The notes beneath the pieces were generated by a model. It did no database searches, was not told where the DNA came from, and saw only the letters and a program-made list of their open reading frames with translations. A stretch of 61,116 nt of DNA, filler included, from Dirinaria sp. TL-2023a (taxonomy: Eukaryota), in assembly GCA_051941275.1 (NCBI GenBank). It is 3 parts of 3 records of this genome, joined end to end, with 100 filler letters (N's around TTAATTAATTAA, not from the genome) between each part and the next. Parts side by side here need not be neighbours in the genome. Positions count along the whole stretch, not along the records: positions 20,414 to 40,725 come from JAVEBF010000293.1; positions 40,826 to 61,116 come from JAVEBF010000294.1; 1 more part is not named here. The stretch is one strand, 5' to 3'. Numbering within the stretch: the stretch's first letter is position 1; the number at the start of each line of letters is the position of its first letter. This document shows, piece by piece, positions 36,732-47,191 of the stretch. Both the position numbers and the translations under genes were made by a program.

Positions 36732-36738
36732 TGAGTAG
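35417..36738 (+). pseudogene. Fungal HNH-endonuclease-domain protein (HNH_2-like), split by a frameshift or weak intron near 35730-35790
   Basis: ORF2 has WWCPVRG...AGHLFP...MRVIFG...LFRAVNGILW...EKRFSEGYFCIVPD...DIDGRRLDF...RPRARYVYW...YWGSAG and an acidic tail. ORF1 supplies a coiled-coil N-terminus in a different frame. Confidence 0.7.
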
Positions 36739-37926
36739 ATGCTATTCCAAGTCCATAGATTCAGTTAGTTATTGAATGAGATGAGTTGCATCCTTGATTC
36801 TGATCCTCGACTCCGTTCTTCTTGAGCTTTTCAGCCTTTGCTTTGCTTGGCGCTTCATGACGCCCGCAATCACCGAGGGTCGCTGTAAGATCGAATTGTG
36901 GCTTTGCACGGCGTCCTGCTTCCTACCCTTCACTTCTTTATGGCTGAGGCTTAAGCCTACGTTGAAAACGGAGGTGTTCGCTGGTATCCGCTCAAGTGGA
37001 TATTGTTTTTGCACTTTCAATTGGCTTCTGGCGAGATCCTCATGGTTATTCTTCGGCTCTGCCAGCACTTAGCTTATGCTCTCTTCCGCATTTTAATCCT
37101 GAACCTTAGCGCCGAAACTTTCTTCTATTCTAAGATCAGTGTTACTCCGAGGAGGCTCGGTCTTTGCTCTACGATGTGGGTGCTTTGCCATTTCATTGAC
37201 CAGATTTCTACCTTCTTCAATGCCATCATCGTCGTCTACAGTGCCACCGAGCTCTTTGTTCAGTCCCAACAGCTAAGATTCAATCCATTAGTAAGCTATT
37301 TACGACCTACAGGACCTAAGCTGGTGCTAGAATAGTGCCAAGGCACCAAGTCTAACGTAGTTCGCCTACCTGGGTACATCATGCTGCTTTCCAGTGAGAA
37401 CTTGGCCGAACGATTTTCCATTGTAAAGTATTGCAATAATCTGGGACCAATCGCATACGGGTGCCTTGACGATTTCCAAAGAAATCTATTATGTCATTTC
37501 TTCTGATGTGGAAATAGATGTGGAAATAGGTGCTCACCCAAGTACCCACGACCGACCTCTTTGGAAAGCCTTGAAGCTGGAAACCAGCCTTTTTGAGCAT
37601 CTAGACCGATAGTTCCAAGGGTATTCAGGTCTTCCAAGTGGGGCAAAGTGATTCATCTGCTGGTGAGTAAAGATCACACAAGCTGGTCAATGAGACCATC
37701 TGAGACAGCCTCAAACTGCATTGGCTGATGGTACATTCCATGTCATATCGGTAAATTACATACCAATTGATACCCTACGGGCTTACCTTACCTTACCTTA
37801 CGTGCTTCCATACCATACCGCTTTCAGTTTGCTGCCTAAATAACAGGTAGTTAATCTTAACCTCCCTTCCAGCATTCCAGCACCATCAACTCTTTCTACA
37901 CCAACCAACCCCAACCAGTCTCCAAA

Positions 37927-38603
37927 ATGGACAGTCTGATCAAATCCTTCTTTCCCTGTTTCCCGCTCGGCACCCGCGGTATCCAGCTTCCCGCAGAAAA
38001 AGCCGCCGACAATTACGTCCCCGAGAAAGATATTCTTGTACAGTCCAGATACAGCGATAACCAGCCACAATTGTCCAGCGATGAAGCTGCTTCCTCCATC
38101 GTGGCTGCTATGCTAGATGCCTCCAAGAGAGGTTCCTCTCTAGATGCTACCATCCAGTCGCTTGTCCATCAAGCCGGAGGGTGGTCCGAGTATCTTGCCA
38201 AGAAGATCCTGACGGCTGTAGAACAAGTTCTGAAAGCCGGCAAAGCAATGAGCCCTGTAATGCAAGAAGCATACGACAAAGCCTGCGAGGCTGCCAAGGA
38301 GTTCGAAGCATTCGCGGCCGATCACTCGGTTGCTACGGGGGTCTTCTGCACGGTCATTGCTCTGGGGGTTTTGGTCGTGTTGTCCCCTTATGTCGTGGAA
38401 TTGGTAGGATTTAGTGAGCTTGGACCGGTCGAAGGTACATTGAACTCACTATAAGCCTTTCATGGTGGAGAAAAAGTGCTAAGAAATCCGTGTTTGCAGG
38501 GAGCTGGGCAGCTGCTTGGCAATCTAGGTACCTGGGCTTGGTGCCGAAAGGGTCTTTGTTCTCCTTCTTTCAGAGACTTGGTATGACATGGAAGCGTGTG
38601 TGA
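37927..38603 (+). CDS. Small membrane protein with ISG12/IFI6-IFI27-like C-terminal motif (203 aa, 2 exons)
   Basis: Exon 1 37927-38434, intron GTACAT...GCTAAG...GCAG, exon 2 38500-38603. The C-terminus reads FCTVIALGVLVVLSPYVVELVGFSELGPVEGSWAAAWQSRYLGLVPKGSLFSFFQRLGMTW. Confidence 0.8.
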
Positions 38604-39310
38604 GAGACGCAGAACTCATTCAAGTCCCAGCTGGGTCTACAAGGAGTCTGGATGCCGCGAGATCGATGGCTGGTACATGCGTGTTATGCTGGAAGAGACA
38701 AACGATGACAATTTCCTCATTGAGCAACATACTTATCAGGGCTCTGCTAATCGGAGCTCTTAAAGCACAGTGGTCTTTAGTAGCTTCGCTACTGGTTCAC
38801 TATATTTCTTGAGATTGTTCATTGTGCGACTAACCACAGTTTCCAGCTCTGTTCTCTCTCAACCCCCAATTTTCTACTAATCTAGGACGATAAATTTAAG
38901 ACGGTGTTTATCATGCCGATATATGAGACTGTCTAGTTATTACTAAAACGAGAAGCAATTCAGTGCTCGCCCTTTTTCAAGTCAACGAAGCCAGCAAAGG
39001 GCCAAGAGGGATTAAACCTTACTGCTGGGCACTCGCATGCTAGGAACACTTCCTAGCAGCTTCTTGATCTACGGCCAAAACCAACTTTTGTGCATCCGGT
39101 TCAGGCCAATTGAGCTCATTAGACGGGACGGAGCTTTAACTATCAACATAGGTATTTTCTATCACAAGCCCTCATAATACGCCCTTCATAATCTAAGTAT
39201 GCCTTTCCTTCACCCATCACAGCTCAACAACACGCAGAACTCCAATATTCCTATATCCAATAAAATCTCCCAACTCCAAATTCGTGAAGAACATTTCTCA
39301 AACACACATA

Positions 39311-39651
39311 TTAACCCCCCCACACCCCCTTCTTCCCAAACGCCTTCAACGCATTCTCAATCTCGACAATATAAACACTTGACAACTGCGGAAACCGCTC
39401 GGGATACTTATTCTTCATCTTCTTCGCGATGCTCGGAATCACCCCATGCATGCCCGAGCGCGAGTTTGGCGATTTCGCCAACTTTCTCTCCGAGGCGGCG
39501 GTTTCTAGAAGATGTTTGCGCATTTCCGGGGTCCATTCTCGGCCCGAGAGCTAAGCGGGTGGGTGTTAGAAGCGTGGTTGGGAAAGGAAAAGGGGGGAGG
39601 TTATACGGAGACAGGAAGCTTTCGGGAGGATTTTGAGTGGCTGCTTCCCAT
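39311..39651 (-). CDS. Small hypothetical protein (94 aa) with N-myristoylation motif
   Basis: Exon 1 39651-39607 (MGSSHSKSSRKLPVS), 56-nt intron GTATAA...TTCTAAC...TTAG, exon 2 39550-39311 in phase 0 (LSGREWTPEMRKHLLE...GVWGG stop). Confidence 0.55.
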
Positions 39652-40684
39652 TGCTTGCTTGGCTTGCGGGCCTGTTTGGGTCCCCCCCCTTTTTTTTTTC
39701 TTTTGGGATGCAGGGCGAGCAGGACTATGCGCGATGAAGGTACGTCGGGTTAGATGTGTCGCTTTCTTCCTCCTCCTCTTCTTCTCTTCTTGTTCCCGGA
39801 GAGAAGGAAAAGATGGTGATTTGTTCGACCAGGAGAAGATTCAGGTGAATGGGTAAGTGGAAAAATGATTTAATTGCCAGACACCCAAGAACATCCTCAT
39901 CCTCGTCCTCCAGCTCCGTTTGCAGAGCAAATTCAGAGCGCTCAACAAAGAACTTATGAGCCCGCCCTTTTCCAAAACATTTCTTTCTTTGTGCGTTGCG
40001 CACGAGCGCCCTGAGGACGCTGTAGAGAGTTTCGGGATCATTTCTTTGTTCCTGTCTCTGCGATGCTGGACTCTAGCTGCTGCTGCTGCTGCTGCGATAC
40101 TAGACAGTTTTACTTTACTATCATCCGGTAGATGTGGAGCAGTTATCTCAGTTTATATAATTTTAGATATTTTTTTGTTTATGTTGTGCTGCGAGGTGAT
40201 AATTTTTCTTCTTCTTTTAGTAAGCGGTTCTGATTTCGGATTTCGGATTTACTTTTTCTGTTTCTTTTCTTTTATTTTTTATTTTTTTTTTTTGTTTTCG
40301 GTTTCTTTCGTATATAACATTAGTACTGAAACCATGGTAGGTTCAAAACTTCAATCAACGGTTTTTCCGTTACTATTAGGCAATTTATGATCCTATCATG
40401 CGCGTGATGCACCACGGCCGCATGGCTCGGAGATTCGGTCCTTCTTGCCACGACAAGATTTTATTTGAAAATGCTGAGACTGGCATGGTTTCGAGTTTTA
40501 TGAGAAAGCGATGGGAGAAAAGCCTTGCTCGACTGCATGCAAACTTCATCTTCCCAGAAATAGAGAGATTCGGTTGACGGTGGGATTGGACCTTTTGGAG
40601 GAAGTAGTTTCTCGGAATTTTTGATATCTGTCACACCATTTGAATTGAATAGGTTTTGAACGTTTAGTAAAAGCCGCAGCCTGT

Positions 40685-40686
<2 letters not shown>

Positions 40687-40725
<39 letters not shown>
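40687..40725. repeat. Poly-T run (39 nt) at contig end
   Basis: Read directly from the sequence; a likely cause of the assembly break. Confidence 0.9.
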
Positions 40726-40825
40726 NNNNNNNNNNNNNNNNNNNNNNNNNNNNNNNNNNNNNNNNNNNNTTAATTAATTAANNNNNNNNNNNNNNNNNNN
40801 NNNNNNNNNNNNNNNNNNNNNNNNN
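40726..40825. other. Artificial contig linker (44 N + TTAATTAATTAA + 44 N)
   Basis: Identical design to the first linker; 12-mer at 40770-40781. Confidence 0.98.
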
Positions 40826-41102
40826 GACCTGGACTTGTTTGAGTATGTGTTTGAGAAGTAGGGTGTTCGTGTATCAAAATGCCGAAGGGTAAAACTGTAT
40901 ACCTTGACTATGTAGTTCTGTCAGCTGAGATTCGAGGTACTGGGGAATGCATTACGGGTGCAAGAGTACTCAGATCCAAAGGGTGTGTCACCGCTGCAGC
41001 GAAGCACGAAGCTGATCCTCCGAACCAGAATGGATAGTGCACATGCTGTTGCGCATCTTGGGTGCTGCCGTCTTTCCTCCTACTGGCAGCTGATGAGGAC
41101 AT
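40826..41102 (-). CDS. dic1: Mitochondrial dicarboxylate carrier, 5' fragment (remainder lost at contig edge)
   Basis: Exon 1 41102-40970 HYPFWFGGSASCFAAAVTHPLDL, 5-nt exon 40907-40903, exon 3 from 40828. Splicing gives PLDLIKV, the carrier signature Px[DE]xx[KR]. Confidence 0.88.
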
Positions 41103-43845
41103 CTCTTTGCCATGCCGGTTTGTTTCGAAGAAATGGAGGATTAGATGTTAGTGATTAGATGTCGGTTTTGGGATTTCGTCTGACATTGCAACGGAAATAA
41201 GGCTTAAATCCAGTCGCGGAGCATTTCCGTTCAGTCCCCAGGTCACACTAGTCCCAACACGTCAACTTATCCTGATTGCAAAAAATATACTTTGGACATC
41301 AAGAACTTACGCACATTGGGCTGTGCATGGTAGAAATCCATATATAGGATCGCAGAGCCTAATTCAGACAGATGTAAAATTTTACTATATAGTGAGTTGG
41401 CCGTGCCAACTTGCTCGCTTTTTCTATCTTCTTTTTGTCTTGTTTTACGCGCATTTCAGCACCCTAGAAGGACTTGGGGAAATTCAATATGGTGATGCTG
41501 ATACCCTGCTCGTTCTGATTCCAATGAACTGGGTCTTCTTCGCATCCAACTTAGAGAGGGATCAGCGTCTCGTATCTTTCAGATAATTATCTCATTATTT
41601 CAAGCCGCCAGTCAAGTTCTACGACTTCGACCTCTCCGTCAACATAGTATGCGGCATTTAAAGACTACTGATTCGGCAAGGATGCGATATCCCTTTTTCT
41701 TACCGATTACAGGTGGTGCCATACAACCCAGGATTGAGAGGGTGAAAGGCCGAAAGGCCCCGTGGACTTCCAAATAGTCCCACTGCCTAGTAGGCCGTCT
41801 TAGTCTCGTTCCTCATGCAATTCCTTGTGAGTACAACACTATCTCCATTTCTTATACTTCACATGGGTTTTCGACGCCTAACAGAGTCTGCTGGTTGAGT
41901 GACCGTTGAATTCATGAGAAGGCTAATATTTTGTAGGTATGAATTGAAGATGAGAAGGAATTCCATGATGCCAGTGAAAAACTGCCTCACCGTAAAGTTC
42001 CTCTACTAGAAAGGAGAAGAAGAAAAACCACCTGTGAAAAAGATAGCGCGCTAAGAGAGGCCTTTTCCAGCCGTTGGGCACAGAGGAAGTCTGCATTGAG
42101 TCATTCGGTGAACGAACTTTCCTCAGCAAAAAATTCTTGTCCTCTTTGAGAAAATTCTGCCTTGACGCCAAAATCACTCAGACTCAACAGTTTCATCTGG
42201 CATGTGACGAGTGGTTTTCGTCGAGTACTTAAGTTTGCCCTCTCCTCAGGTCATGACCCATCCCTCTTCAAAACAGCATTTCACTTCCAGAGCTAGCAAA
42301 TTAACAACGTATAAGACTCACGTGCTCGCATCATTGCAAGTTGGTTAAATTTTCTGTAACTTGAAAGACTTGTTGCTTTTTCAGGCTCTGCAAACTCACG
42401 ATAAAATGGCAGCATGTACAGTCGCTAGACAGTAAGTCTGCTCCTTTAACAAATGGGCTTAACAAAGCATGACTCCTAGTTTAGAGAAAATTTCGCTCCT
42501 GTCACCCCTGTAACTCCCACTTCTCTCATGACAAACGCAGGGACCAGTCCGATGAGCCAGAGAACCGGTATGTCATCTATCCGTTGCTCTACCTTTCATC
42601 CTGAGCTCCAAGCACTGTCATTCTGGAGAACTGGCTCCAATTGTGAAGAAATGGACATTCTCAGTATCTCGTCGTGCTGCATATAAGTTGAACATAGAAG
42701 CTGACAGTTTAAAAAGATAGCAGCGCGGACAGTATAGTCTGCAAAGTCAAAATAGAAGAAGACTTCGAACGAGCGCTAAGAAGAGAATTTCTCTACAGCA
42801 TACCTGAATACAAGCCACTCGAGTCAGTCCGCCGCCAACATCTCCACCTCGCCTCAAGGTGTTTCGAAGAAACGTGGCGCATGCCAATCCACGCCGCAGA
42901 CGCATTCCAGGAAACCACTTCAATTGAAAATGCGTCCTTCTCTCCCTCGAATCAACTGCAGAATGAGAATTCCCAACACCGATCTCACTAGATATGTACA
43001 CGGGGGCAAGACCTACTACTGCCCGCCAGAAATCGAGCCGTGGAAGCCGAAACATCGTTGGATGCTGGACCCTCGTCACCACATATTCATGCAATCCGAC
43101 TCTCAAATTACGGGCATCGACAAGAGCGTGTACCATTTTTCACACCAATGAGGTCTTCACGCCTTCTCGAAAGGATGAAAAGCGGAGGCAGCGGAGTTGG
43201 GAATCGCACCAAGATCTGTAGTCGGTTGGAGAATGTGTCTTTCGCGATGGCCAACAGGTGGCTGTTTTGAAGAGACGTAACTTTTTCTTGCACTATGGCA
43301 TCGGCCGTCATTGAGTAGCTAGCCGGAGCGTTCGCATTGTATCTTAGTTGGGAGATCAGCAACTCCTTAAAGGAGTACAAGCGTAGATCAATGACATGTT
43401 CAGCCTAGATGCAGAAAACATCCCACCGTGATCAGAGAAATCTTTGCAGGATTTCGCAATGGCACGCCGTCACTGCAGAGGGCCTGCCTTGCATGTTTTG
43501 CAGAATGTTTAAGAGCAGTAAACACGCAAGCAACGCATGTTTGCAAGTCTACTTTGGCTCAAAGTGTCCACTCAAATATCAAGAATCTGAACATTGATAA
43601 GTGAAAAAAAGGTCATACTGATTATAGCAGGATAGGAAGCCAGGTAAAAAAAAGGTGTATCAAGAAGAGAAGATAATCCGAAGACAGGTGGTAAGACTAG
43701 TAGGAATAGCGCGAAGGATTGAGGTTGAAAGCGAGACTAGAGAGTTTAAGGTACGGGCAGTAAAGTATCTATGGGTGGAGAGATGGTTGAGGTACGATTG
43801 ATCGCATACATGCGGGGATGCTGATGAAACTAAAATTGGGGTACT

Positions 43846-43940
43846 GCCTCGCCCCCGTCCCATCTCTATCGCCCGCCCGTGAGTTAGGCGATCTTTGGGA
43901 GGACTTCCAGCACTCCCAGCTGAGCTAGGGGCGGCTTTTT
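43846..43940 (+). ncRNA. Candidate structured RNA element (three-way junction followed by T5) upstream of rib3; family unknown
   Basis: Pairings read by eye: CGCCCC 43850-55 with GGGGCG 43928-33; TCCCA 43858-62 with TGGGA 43896-900; ATCGCC 43868-73 with GGCGAT 43887-92; CAGC 43908-11 with GCTG 43919-22. Strand and expression are not established. Confidence 0.3.
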
Positions 43941-44261
43941 CGTCTTTTTCCAGTTCCGATGCTAAGTAAACCCTGCTGACTCACCTCTTGCCTCAAGATG
44001 TCAAGTAAGTGTCAGCATGCGCCCCGGATATTAATAATTGCTCAGCAAGCATGACCTCTTCAAGACGTGAGCAATCCGATTAAGACACAACTTCGAAGCC
44101 AAACATTCCGCCTCCGTATTCGGCGTTGGCAAATCGCGGCGGTCGTCAATTGCCACCATGATATGAAGTCCGATCTCGCTCATCTTTGAGGTTCAGCTAT
44201 CCAAGTCATCCTTCGATTACGCCGCTCTGTGAAGACTTTATTCCCAACAAGCTGGGCATAA

Positions 44262-45024
44262 ATGTCCACCAATGGCTTATCGAAGCCCAGCTTCGACAGC
44301 ATCGAGGATACAATTCATGCATTCCGCAACGGCGAGTTTATAGTCGTGCTTGACTCGACAGATCGAGAGAATGAAGGCGATCTCATCATTGCCGCCGAAG
44401 ACATCACAACCGAGAAGATGGCCTTTATGACCCGGCATACGAGGTTTGCAGCTCTTTGCAGCGCCCGTCTTCCTGCAATCACTGATCTCTTGCAGTGGCC
44501 TCATCTGTGCTCCAATACCTTCATCCATATGTGCCTCGTTATCCTTGCCTCAAATGGTTGTCGACAATACAGATCCCAATAGAACCGCATATACTATCTC
44601 CATTGATGCTTCGGATCCTTCAGTGACCACAGGGATATCTGCCCATGATCGGGCGCTTACGTGTCGCAGTCTGGCTGCCGCAGATGCTACGCCTTCGTCC
44701 TTCCGACGCCCTGGGCATGTGTTCCCTTTACGATCAAGAGATGGTGGCATACTTGAGCGAAAAGGCCACACAGAAGCCGCAGTGGAGTTCTGTCGCTTAG
44801 CGGGCAAAAGGCCGGCAGGCGTCATATGTGAGCTGGTTGAAGATGGTGAAGAAGTAGAGGCTCGAGCAGAGAGACGAGAGGGCTGTATGATGAGACGGGA
44901 TGGATGTCTCAGGTTCGGCAAAAGATGGGGTTTGAAGGTTTGCACCATAGAGGACCTTGTCGAATATGTCGAAAAGGACAGCAACGTGAACGGCATTAAA
45001 GTTCAGACAAATGGCGCTATATAG
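44262..45024 (+). CDS. rib3: 3,4-dihydroxy-2-butanone 4-phosphate synthase (riboflavin biosynthesis)
   Basis: Exons 44262-44443 and 44496-45024. Motifs DSTDRENEGDLI, HTSGLIC, TAYTISID, TTGISAHDRA, FRRPGHVFPL, RKGHTEAAV, GVICEL. Confidence 0.97.
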
Positions 45025-47191
45025 ACCGAAGAGAAGGAAAGAAATGCGGCACGCGCCTCGTCCAGTCAGGTAACTTTGGTGAACGAGCGCTACTACGTCC
45101 TCCAATGCCCCAGGTTGCCATAGACCACCCTTTTCAAATCCTCTACTAAGGTTCCAAACAAGAACTCTCGACCAAGAATAGCAAAACGATCACCGATCCC
45201 CTTTACCAGAGCAGCCTCTTTACCGAACTCTAGTCTGAATTCCATCAATTTAGCAGCAACACCTTACTCGAACAAACTCAATATTGCTGGAGACAGCATC
45301 TTCGCCAAGCATTTCGAAAGAGTAAGGTCATACAACTCTTCAAGGCTGTGCGATGGAAGGCATTTACCAGCAGCTGAAGAGGAAATAGCAGTATTAGAGA
45401 CCACCATAACAAAAATTCTTCAAAAAGCCAGTCTCATCATATCGAAAAGATATCAGGCATAACGACTACCATCTATCAATCATCGAAACCGGACATGCCG
45501 AACTCCGCAATGCATTGATCCCTCCTGCTCCTCCTTTCCTTCGCATTCCGCCACTGGATAGGCCTATACGCGCCTCTTCTTCTAAACACAGCAACGTGGT
45601 GAGGAAGAAGAAGAAGAAGAAGAATGCGGCAGCGATTTCTATATCATCCTCCGGCCGGCCAGTAGGTAACCCGCACCTGATTCTGGACACCTAAACATTA
45701 TTCCGATATATGCTGTGCTGGGACTTGCTTAGCTTAGGTTTATATACACGCGTCTAATACCATGAAAGGTAAGAGGTGGATGTAATGTAGATTTCCCATC
45801 TGTAGAAAAGAAACAGAAAATTCAGCCAATCTCCTGAGCCCATTTTCATATATTTGAGAATTCGTATCCTAGATCCATAGATATTTCCCTTATACCTTAC
45901 CTTACCTAACCTAACCTACAAAACATCTCCTCAGGTCCGCCAAGTTACCCCATCAAAGCCCCTCCTTAACCCGATACAGGTTCTCAAAACACTCTGTCCA
46001 ATACATATCCGCGCGCCTTCCGAGCGCCCAACCCCACTTACAAATGACAGCTCTAACCCCAATTCCGGTTTCGGTTTCCAAAAACACTCTATTCGCATTC
46101 CTGCCCAAGTGCTAAGCACTAGCTAATAATACAAATGGGTTGTCTGAGACAGAGAAATAGTTTATTCAGGACTTTCATTGGAGGGTTTTGGATAGAAAGG
46201 GGTTCGTGAATTTCTAATGGGAATAATTAGTCAGGGTTGAAAACGAGATTTATTTGGTGGTTCTTTGGGATTTTGTTTGATGCCAAGGTATGAGTATTTC
46301 ACATACTGACTGATAGAGGTGCCCTAGATGGATCTATTCACTAAGGTATCATCCTCTCAACTTGCGGAGTGACCTTTTAGGGTTCGACAAAGAGACGCTC
46401 TAACCCAACTAAGCTTTCCTTCACAGTTCCGTTCAATAACGTCCGTCAGACAGACAATCCATCTTAACAGAGGACGCACCCCTAGGGTTTTAGCAGGGTT
46501 TAGAATGCTAACCCGATTTAGGTTTACTGGATGGTTCTGTTCAGTGTTCGTCGGAGACGGAATACCTTACTTTGTTCATTGTTTGAGACAGTTTAGATTT
46601 TGGCTCTAGATTGCTGTATCTTTCTTGTGCTTTCTTAATAGGTTTGATTACATGAGGATAAATTTAGCTTATGGCTCTCAACCCTTCTTCCCTTTTTTCC
46701 CCTATCAACCACCCACCCAACCATCGCAACAGATCTCATCTTTTCGCTGCGGTGGTGTATTCGACACTGTAATTTTCATGATCTTAGTTTATATCTCGCC
46801 ACGCTGGGTTCAGTGGAGGTCTCGCTCCTGATTCTAGTTGTTTTATGGCTGTCAAGCTCTCTATTTCTCAATGGCTGGCAAAGTCTATTCTGATTCGAGA
46901 TATTTCGGAATCAGAAAATGCAGATTCCTGACTTTTGGCCGAGCTTAAGCCAGTGTCGGATCTCTTTTTATTTTTTGGGGTGGTTTATATTGTATTTCGG
47001 AACCGGAGTCCATTTCAGGAATTTTCCGTGGCGGCGAGGATAAATTGCATCAAATCTTTGAGAGACTCTTAGATGGCTTATTTTGGAGGTCCTCGTACTT
47101 ATTTAAACCGATCGTGGTGGATGAGGCTCGGTAGGCATCCTATATTCCCCCTCGTACTCATTGCGGGTCGTCAACGTAAGGGTGAGAGTTC

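Noticed and set aside
39920..40390. 156-aa hydrophobic plus-strand ORF
   Set aside because: Phe/Leu richness comes from T-rich low-complexity DNA and a GCT microsatellite.
42747..43380. Cluster of overlapping short ORFs upstream of rib3
   Set aside because: No motif or coherent gene model.
43846..43935. tRNA-like TAGCTCAGCTGGGAG on the minus strand; also considered as FMN riboswitch, hammerhead or telomerase CR4/5
   Set aside because: No TTC T-loop or proper anticodon loop; no FMN aptamer consensus; CTGATGA lacks hammerhead stem II; no telomeric template found upstream. Kept only as an unclassified structure.
45890..46530. Telomere-like or TACCT/AACCT-type short repeats (also at about 34141-34204 and 37783-37800)
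   Set aside because: Only scattered 1-3 unit matches, with no TTAGGG array.
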